A stretch of DNA of 64,000 bases, from assembly GCF_041956535.1 (NCBI RefSeq), contig NW_027192207.1:591374-655373 (forward strand), written 5' to 3'. The notes below the pieces were generated by a model that was not told where the DNA came from, searched no databases, and worked only from the letters and a program-made list of their open reading frames with translations. Origin of the DNA: Calcarisporiella thermophila CBS 279.70. Its lineage: Eukaryota; Fungi; Calcarisporiellomycota. The translations under genes were made by a program, and so were the position numbers. Shown one piece after another: positions 54,060-64,000 of this stretch (position 1 is the first letter of the stretch; every line of letters starts with the position of its first letter).

Positions 54060-54202
54060 TTTCACTTTAATTCCCTGAATTGGTTGAAATAATTACTGTT
54101 TACAATTTATATTTATACTGGCAAATTGGAAGTCACGCGTTTATCACCACAAACGGTGGCCAAATTAATCAGAAGAATATCAGAGAATATCAAATCCAAA
54201 AA

Positions 54203-57142
54203 ATGTCAAAATCACACAATTTTAGTTCATCGTGTGAAATGCTACGAAATATATCCGTGGAAGGTCCACCTCATAACACTGTCCAACCATTTCAGCTTAA
54301 GGTGCTCAAACTTTTACGATGTAAGTCGGGAAACTAACTGTATCTCGGGGGGCAAAAATTTCACACCAAAACAGATACAATTGACAGGGATGCCAAAATA
54401 ATCTTAGAGAAATCACTTGGAATAACGATGGATGAAAGAAATCTTTACGATGTTATTGTTTCTGATGGAATTATCAAGGTAAATTTATAGTTCTTTCCAG
54501 AATTTTAGTTGCATTAACTCACCTTTTGTTTTTAAAGGACAAAGTAATTCTTTCGCCTTTTCTGAATAGATTAATTCGACATGGAATCTTGCGGATTGGC
54601 TGCAATATCGAAGTAATTTAGAAGTATTTCTATTGCATCTATTTATTCAACTAACACTATGATTTAGGTGAATTCATATCAAATCTGTGAAAAACTCGGG
54701 CCAAAAAATGAAGATACCTTATTTATGATCGTCTCTCTTAGCGCAGACACTTCCACGTTCGATTTAACCTCTGAACTTCAGATTATAGTGGAGCTATCTA
54801 AGGTAATTTCAGAAAAGGGTCAGGTTAACCTAACACTGCGAATGAATATGCCATCTTCCACTATATCCCACTACTTAGATACCTTGGATATCTGATATAG
54901 CCGAGAAGCTAGAATATGTTCCACTCCTTGGAGAGCGGAGCTATCTTGATCTTTGGGACGAAAATGATTTTATACGAGAACCGAGATGGGAACAAAATAA
55001 CCTCTTAGTCCATACAGTAATATCATTCTATCCTATAATTTTAGTTCTATTCTTATTCTCATATATTATACTATTTTGTACCATAGTCATTTCAAATAAA
55101 CAAAGATCACCCGTGTATCCGCGAAATTCTTACAGAGAATTATAATCGTTCTGCATCGTCTTCGATTGCTGTACCAGCCATTGGTCGAGTGGTTACAAAA
55201 TCTTCCATTAAAAATTTTGGAAAACCAGAAGACAAGAACAATGCTTTCCCATTTCAGTTTTATATTGAAATCGCTGATTGCTCTGCAAATATTCGCGTCG
55301 TAATTTGGAATGAACTCGTTTTCAAGACTTTTGACTCCATACATGTTGGTGACGTTGTCTATATTGAGAATTATCGCATAAAACGAATATATGGAATAAC
55401 AAATGACATGGAGTTTTCTTTGAATTCGAAATCGCCAGCTGGGAGAATCCGTAAACTTAGAGGTAATTTTCCTTGCAGCTTGCTTATTTATTATCTTAAT
55501 TCACACTTTCAATCAAATTACCCTACTTTCACCATAATATAGAGAACAACTTTGAATATTGGCCTGATATTGATCAAATACACCGATTTCCGCTGACTCC
55601 AATCTTTCGACTTCGACTTTTGCCCCGCATTCTTTATGATACGACACCTGATGGGTTTGAATTTGATGTAATTGGTAGAGTCGTTTACGTAAGTGGAATC
55701 GAGAGAGAAGAAAATGATAATGGCGTAGGGTAGGTACAAATATTCGCTTGCATTACAAAATAAAAATAACTGTATTTTTACTACATACAGCCTTTCGGAG
55801 TATCGTTGGGTCAAACTATATGATACAACATGCGAAAGAGGTATTACCTTGAAATTGTATCGATGTAGTCAAGGCGCCATATTTAAAAAGTATTGCATTA
55901 TTTACATACCCTCCAAATTTATTATTTATGTTTCCGATATATTTAGAATACATCCCGATATTATTCTTATTTGCACACGAGTTAAACTTTGCAGCATTGC
56001 ACGAAACTCGAAATCACCTCGATATACCTTTGTAATTACGACTAGTCTCAGTCAGTTTACTTACATTGACGATTTAAATCAAAATGATCAATTGAAAGAA
56101 AGATTTTACGATCTGGATCCAGAGGTATAAACTGCATATATACTAAGCAACTTCAATTTACATTGCACTAAATATATACCCCAAAGGCTCGAGTTTTGAT
56201 ACCTCGACATGACGAAATTCCACTTAAAGACTTTTGTTGTAAGTACAATTGAATACTTTTGTAAATGCTTGAATTAACACCCAACTGATGATTAGACGGA
56301 GGATATTTCAATCTACCTATATCATTTCAAACATTCGAAGAGTTCGAGAGTTTTGATCATAAAGTTAAAATAACCCCTCTACGGTAAACAATTTTATTTC
56401 TGACTATTATTAATGCTGTCTATTGTAACCTGGTTTGTTGATTTAGAAATCTGAACCGTATAACAGATAAACTAAGTATTCAAGAAAGAACTCGAACCTT
56501 TGTTATTGGATCGTTGAAGCAGGTTGAGTTCAACGATATATTTTTAGCCATTATGAGTGAACACGACGACTTTTCGTCAGATATAATGACCCGTGAGAAT
56601 ATAACTTCTCCTGAAATGATTGGATTCTTGCCACGGCTCCCATTCCAACATTATTACGCCCCACTTACAGATTCAGACAAGAATTTAACAATCGAATTAA
56701 CAATACAAGAAGGAGAAAAAAATTTGAAAGTATTTGTCGAAGGAAACGCTGATGAACAGGCTGGAGCTCTAAATAGTCAGGTATTGTTGCTTTAATTCAA
56801 AATATATAATTTATATGATTTTCATGGCATTGCTATTAGGCCGATTTAGCATTTTGGAAGCTAAAAACTTTCATCGATTTCTTTGCCGATTATTTTAAAG
56901 TAACAGAGATTACTCAATATGAACTAGACGAGCTCCAATTTTATATAATCGAGGTTTGTATAAAAAAATTCTCTTCAACTCGCAAATCTAATGATATCTT
57001 AACTTTAAAATAGCGCCTGGCTAAATTGGAATCTCAAAGATTTGTTTTTTTTCTTGATTTATGGCGAGAGATAAATGGAGATGTACAGATATTTTTATCC
57101 AAGATTTTTAGCATGTCGCCGAGCGACCGAAGTGAAAATTGA
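54203..57142 (+). CDS. RADX: RADX-like RPA-related multi-OB-fold ssDNA-binding protein (~14 exons)
   Basis: YDVIVSDG..KDKVILSP.LN.L....LRIG; PL.G.RSYLDLW; RVVTKS.IKNFGKP....FPFQFYIEIADCSANIRVVIWN; FDVIGRVVYV..IER; YRWVKLYD; LYRCSQ; terminal FVFFLDLW....V.IFLSKIF; colinear with recalled human RADX motifs. Confidence 0.8.
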
Positions 57143-57181
57143 TATCTCCATTAACAACATTTGTGTTTATTTAATAAATAC

Positions 57182-59220
<2,039 letters not shown>

Positions 59221-59383
59221 TTCGTTTTGATTATTCTTTTTTCAATTAATGTAATATTTGGAATGTAGCTACAGGTAGTAAACATAGATTTAAATTGATA
59301 ACAGTCACAAGAGCGATTTATTAGAGTACATAAGATGATGCAAATAGGAAGATATTGGCTTATACCCCACGATACCCGCTGTG

Positions 59384-60452
59384 CTATACTGTATCATCTA
59401 ATCATTATAATGCATCATGAAATTAGAAATTTTGCTTCACTACAATATTAGAATAGTAAGGGTGCAAAATAAAAACAAACCATGAAATGCCCAAGCTGTG
59501 TGCTTTGGTGACGAACTAGCATGCTTAATATAGATACTATTATCGGGAGGCAACTCCTAGGAATTGACAAGAAATATCAAGAAATTATAAATATGTCATC
59601 ACATCATCACATTAATTAGACGCCTACTTTTTTTGTGCAACTAGATAGCATAGATTGAATAGACAAGCACACTGATGATACAGTTTGAACCGGACTCCAT
59701 TGGCCATAAAGTATATTGATGCATATGTGTCCGTTACTAAAATAAATATTTGTATATAATATTTGTATTAATATATGAGTAAACTCATAATAACCTCCAC
59801 CCATTATTACCTATATATCTAGAGTTTGAAAGAGGTCGAAAATATAAGACAGAGTTATTTAAATATCTAGTAATTTATGGATTATCTCATACATGAGGGT
59901 GAACCGGAGGAGAACCGAGAAATACGACCTAAGTTAAAGATATTTTAGTCTGTATTTTATATTCAATACTTGTTGAGAATAAAACAAAAACCTCTGGAGA
60001 TTCAAGCGGGTAACTGTTTCCAAACCTAAACTATTAAGAAAATACTGAAAGATGAATACATCTTTAAATAAACAAGAATCAATCGATTCTACCTGTAATT
60101 TAAATGTCTCACCCTGTCAAAGGACAATTCAATAAATTTCATTTAATTCGAGCATACAATTGATTCAGTTAAATATGTGTATACCTCATATAGCGTATTA
60201 GGGGCCCCTTTTAATATTAGTCTCCAGCTAAAGTATGACCATGAATACTGATTCATTCAAAATATAAGAGAATCTACATTACCATTGAAAGTCATCAGCA
60301 CTATCAACAGAGACTCCAACCGGAGGATTGGTTTGCAAATCTATAAAAAAAAACATCATGTGAGGAGGGGATCCATAATGGATATAAAAATGAAAATATG
60401 TCTTCCAACCTCGCAATTCTTTTGAAAGACGTCTTGTGCATAACGAGGACAT
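59384..60452 (-). CDS. UBE2W: Ubiquitin-conjugating enzyme UBE2W (10 exons)
   Basis: YPLESPEVVF, HPHIYSNGHICINIL (His rather than the HPN Asn), WSPVQTVSSVCLSIQSMLSSC, PPDN..Y, W.FHDDTV end. Confidence 0.93.
59811..59818 (-). other. 8-nt microexon ATATATAG of UBE2W
   Basis: Flanked by CTAG| and |GTAAT; required to encode HPH-IYS-NGHIC in frame. Confidence 0.85.
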
Positions 60453-61793
60453 CTTAATCCGAGGGATGCGAAAATGCAAGGAAGAGAAAAAAATGTATAA
60501 AGAAATTGCGAGATAATAACTATAAAATCTTATTGCGGAATTGCCGATTTAATTTCAGATGGATGTGATAGAATTCAGCTGGCCATTTTCTCACATAATT
60601 TTACATCCTGCTTAACTCGCGAGGTTGTAATTCAACAGCAAATCAGAAGAACATTTTATTCCATTTATTCCATTGGTAACAAAATTATAACCCACAAAGC
60701 TCATTTATGTGCTATATATACTGTTTTATAGAGACTCAATGTAATGTCAGATAGTAGTCTTGCAGAATTAAAAACATCTATTAAAATTCTAGATCTATAT
60801 TCAATTTGCCTTAATGCAAACCAGCCAGATATTATTGGAGCATGTTGATAAGCGATATATAATAGCTTGAAAAATGCAATGGATAAAGTGTGTTAACGTT
60901 ACATTGAGGAATACAATATTTTAATCACCTAGTTGATAATATTTGTATTTTTTTGTACGTATGCATATTTTTAGAGGTAATCTATTGACCTTAATCTACA
61001 GTTTATTATGCTAAATGTGCAAAAGTCCAAGACGTAAGATTTTGCCCTAACATTCACCACTGTTAACCAGTGTTTGTATTATGATTGCACTATGTCAGTA
61101 TTAGTAGAAATATGCATATACCTCAGTTAATAAATACTGATTATCAACCGGTTGTTTTGCCATTTCAAGGCTAATTATAGTAGATTAAATGAGCAATGAA
61201 AAGCTTCACAATCAATGGTTCTTGTTATGGATCAATAAATATTTTCCTATATTGATATTTCAAATCAAAAAAATTATACGAAAATTTAAATAAATTGATT
61301 AATAATTTTAATAATAAAAAATTTTAATAAATTTGAAAAATTTTTAATTCTTTCATTTTCTCCTATTTTTTAATTTTTTCAATAGTTATTGGTCAAAATT
61401 GAAATTTTTTTTGCATTTTCCCACAAAACTACTCAAAAGCTACAAGTTTCTCTTTTCATAAGAGTTGAGGTAATATTGCTGCGAAGCTTTGATATTAGTC
61501 AGATTTTGTATATATATTCAAGCATAGTGTATAATAAGCAAAATAGAAATATTAACAGTGTATTGAGCAATCGAGAAATCAAAGTCAGATCGTCCCTACC
61601 TCTCTTAAATTACTCCAATTTCATTTTATAAGTTACCTCGATTTACTAAAGATATTCACATATTTATGTGGACGCAAGAAAGCAGAAACAAAGCATTATG
61701 CAAAAAAACTTTTGTAACCTAACATCATTCTTTTCGAATTTACAAATTTTCGATTGATTTGTATTTTGTTTACTGTATATAGTCGACATTCTG

Positions 61794-62750
61794 ATGGCTT
61801 CTCCTGGACGTCGTATCAGAACAAAGTCAAATGAGAGTGATAAAAAACCATTGGATGTGAGATATAACAAATGGGATTCTGCCCTCCGAATATATTGCAA
61901 GGATCCGGAGTCCCATCCTGACATTGTAATTTTTCATGATGAGCTTTGTGTGGCAATACGTGATAAATACCCAAAGGTGATTAGAATTTATAATTGACTT
62001 CATAAGATTATTAAGTATACCCAAATACAGGCGAGACACCATTATCTTGTAATGCCACGAAGATTTATAGATTTTTTAACTGATCTCCGTTCTGAGGATG
62101 TTGGATTGATTAGACATCTACAAGAAATAGGGAAAATGATAATTAGGAAAATTATGTAACTTAATTTTTAGTTTTAACAATATTTACTTATCCCTTTTAC
62201 GCCTTTTTTTTTGGGTTAATAGTGAGCATCCAGAGCACGAATTTCGTATGGGTTTCCATGCTGTGGCCAGTATGAAGTACTAGGCATATTATTTTTATTT
62301 TCATAGCCGAGGCTAAAAGGCTATTGTACTTTCAGACAGGTGCACATGCATCTGATATCACAAGATATGTGTTCTCCGTCGCTTAAAAATAAGATACACT
62401 GGAATTCGTTTACCACCGACTTCTTCAGAGTTAGAATACTTTTCAGGAGTGCATGTATAGTTAATTCATTAATTAAGCATTTAACTTAATAGAATGTCGA
62501 CGATGTAATTCACGAGTTAAAAGAAAATGGCTCACTTCAAGTATGTAATTTAATCCCGCCAATATTTGAAATGATTATATGCTCGTTTCTGTAGACTAAA
62601 TGGAATATTTCTAATTGGATAATATAGTTTGACAGAAGCTATTACGAGTCGCTCCTCAAGAGGCCTCTAAAGTGCCATCGTTGTGATGAAATGCCAGCAA
62701 ATATCCCCGCTCTCAAACGTCACCTAGAATGCCACGAGAGTAATAGGTAA
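61794..62750 (+). CDS. HNT3: Aprataxin/Hnt3 (HIT domain plus C2H2 finger)
   Basis: [53 protein letters not shown]...LKRHLECH. Confidence 0.93.
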
Positions 62751-62943
62751 AAAATATTGAAGAGGCTGAACAAAATTAATAATTTTTTCGTGGCAACTCC
62801 GATTCTCTGTAAAAAACAAAGGATTTATTCAATATAAGCATCATATCTCTTTTATATATCGAGACCAATTAAGAGGAATAACTGAAAGCAAGTCTACAAA
62901 AGATCCTTTTTTTTTGTGCTTTTAAAGCCTTTTTTTTGCCCAG

Positions 62944-64000
62944 ATGAGCCATTCCTTTGCTCCTCCCAATATCTCAAACAGATGTTTACGGGGATTGGCG
63001 CATGATTTGAGTCAATTATGGAATAATCCACAAGATGCGGATGTGGAATTTATTGTCGGTGGAAAAAATGCTGGCGTTCAAGGTGATGAGATTTGTACAT
63101 TCTATGCACATCGTGTGATTCTCCGTTGTCGCTCCGACTATTTCAATAAGGCATTTTCTCGTGAGTGGGGTAGAGACAATAATGGCAAACTAGTATTTGA
63201 AAAACCTAATATATCCCCGGAAGCGTTCTCGCTTGTACTTCGCTTTATATATACTGGATGGGTGGATCTTTCTATCGCGTCCGAATCCGACTGTTGGACA
63301 TGGGAAAAAGAGGAAGTTAGGCCCAGATGGAAGGACGAAATTGATTTAGAGCCTGAGCATACTCTTGTTGGTAAAACACTAGTTGATGTGCTAGTCGCAG
63401 CAGACGAAATGCTTGTGCACGATTTGACTGATATAGTTCAACGCAGGCTTATTAGCCAACATACTACGTATATTGAGAACAACGCAGCTTCTTTGCTTTT
63501 ACTTTCGGACCGACACTCATTTAATATTCTCAAGCAGTATTGCATTGAAATTGTGTGTAAAGATCCTTACCCTACTTTTTTTTCCGAGGCTATAGCGGAA
63601 TTTGATGCTGATCTACTACTTCATTTTCTACGGTCTAATGAACTAAGAATGAAAGAGGCTGATGTATGGGATGCGGTACTTGACTGGGCATTACGACGAT
63701 GTGGACTTGAACTGGATAAAGCTGCAAGTGCTGCATCAGACTGGCCCACAGATAATTTGGTAGCAATCCGAGCATGCCTGGAACCTCTGCTACCACATAT
63801 ACGCTTTTTTCAAATGACTCCGAGCGACTACGCGAAGCGAGTTAAGAGGCTAAAGATAGTTCCTCCGAAAGTGGAGCGCGAAATCTTACGATATTACAAT
63901 GAGAAGAACTATATTCCTACGTTATATCATCCGTATTTTTTTTTGGCTTCGAGAGAAACACATCATTTCTCATCGCGGATTATTACTGAAAAGCATCGAC
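62944..64000 (+). CDS. BTB/POZ-BACK protein, intronless so far, truncated by the window end
   Basis: Open frame with DADVEFIVG, FYAHRVILRCRSDYF, KPNISPEAFSLVLRFIYTG, LVAADEM, E.DVWD.VL.WA, PLLPHIRFFQM. Confidence 0.9.
   Translation, partial: MSHSFAPPNISNRCLRGLAHDLSQLWNNPQDADVEFIVGGKNAGVQGDEICTFYAHRVILRCRSDYFNKAFSREWGRDNNGKLVFEKPNISPEAFSLVLRFIYTGWVDLSIASESDCWTWEKEEVRPRWKDEIDLEPEHTLVGKTLVDVLVAADEMLVHDLTDIVQRRLISQHTTYIENNAASLLLLSDRHSFNILKQYCIEIVCKDPYPTFFSEAIAEFDADLLLHFLRSNELRMKEADVWDAVLDWALRRCGLELDKAASAASDWPTDNLVAIRACLEPLLPHIRFFQMTPSDYAKRVKRLKIVPPKVEREILRYYNEKNYIPTLYHPYFFLASRETHHFSSRIITEKHR

Overview
Gene-dense, intron-rich eukaryotic DNA from an early-diverging fungus. Mucoromycota is most likely, inferred from a GDP-fucose transporter, a GPI-type chitin deacetylase, a BTB-BACK protein and U12 introns. 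About 28 spliced or intronless protein genes are supported: U1-70K, ERV1, CEP57-like, PUS1, chitin deacetylase, OPI3, a UPF0390 protein, a small mitochondrial protein, Osh6/7-type OSBP, a Kre9-like GPI protein, eIF4G, ATP5, GDP-fucose transporter, Ran, Nrg1-like C2H2 factor, RPS24, plant-type LRR surface protein, Ras-domain/RasGEF fusion, UBA2, SEC6, MOCS2A, RPL11, GAD/CSAD-like decarboxylase, exportin-5, ZNF277, RADX-like, RIO2, UBE2W, aprataxin and a truncated BTB protein. I recognised no RNA gene, CRISPR array or intact transposon. The main highlights are: (1) a full-length homologue of RADX, the RAD51 antagonist characterised in animals, which is fragmented by introns in the ORF track; (2) two minor-spliceosome introns (GT-AG in eIF4G, AT-AC in exportin-5), plus a possible U2-type AT-AC intron in PUS1; (3) a plant-receptor-like LRR gene built from 72/144-nt phase-2 exons; (4) an 8-nt microexon beside the UBE2W active site; (5) recurrent GTGAC and GATGGATG motifs near gene starts; and (6) a long GC decline ending in a gene-free AT core that could be a centromere. 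Gene models were spliced by hand, and homology calls come from recalled family motifs, not database searches.
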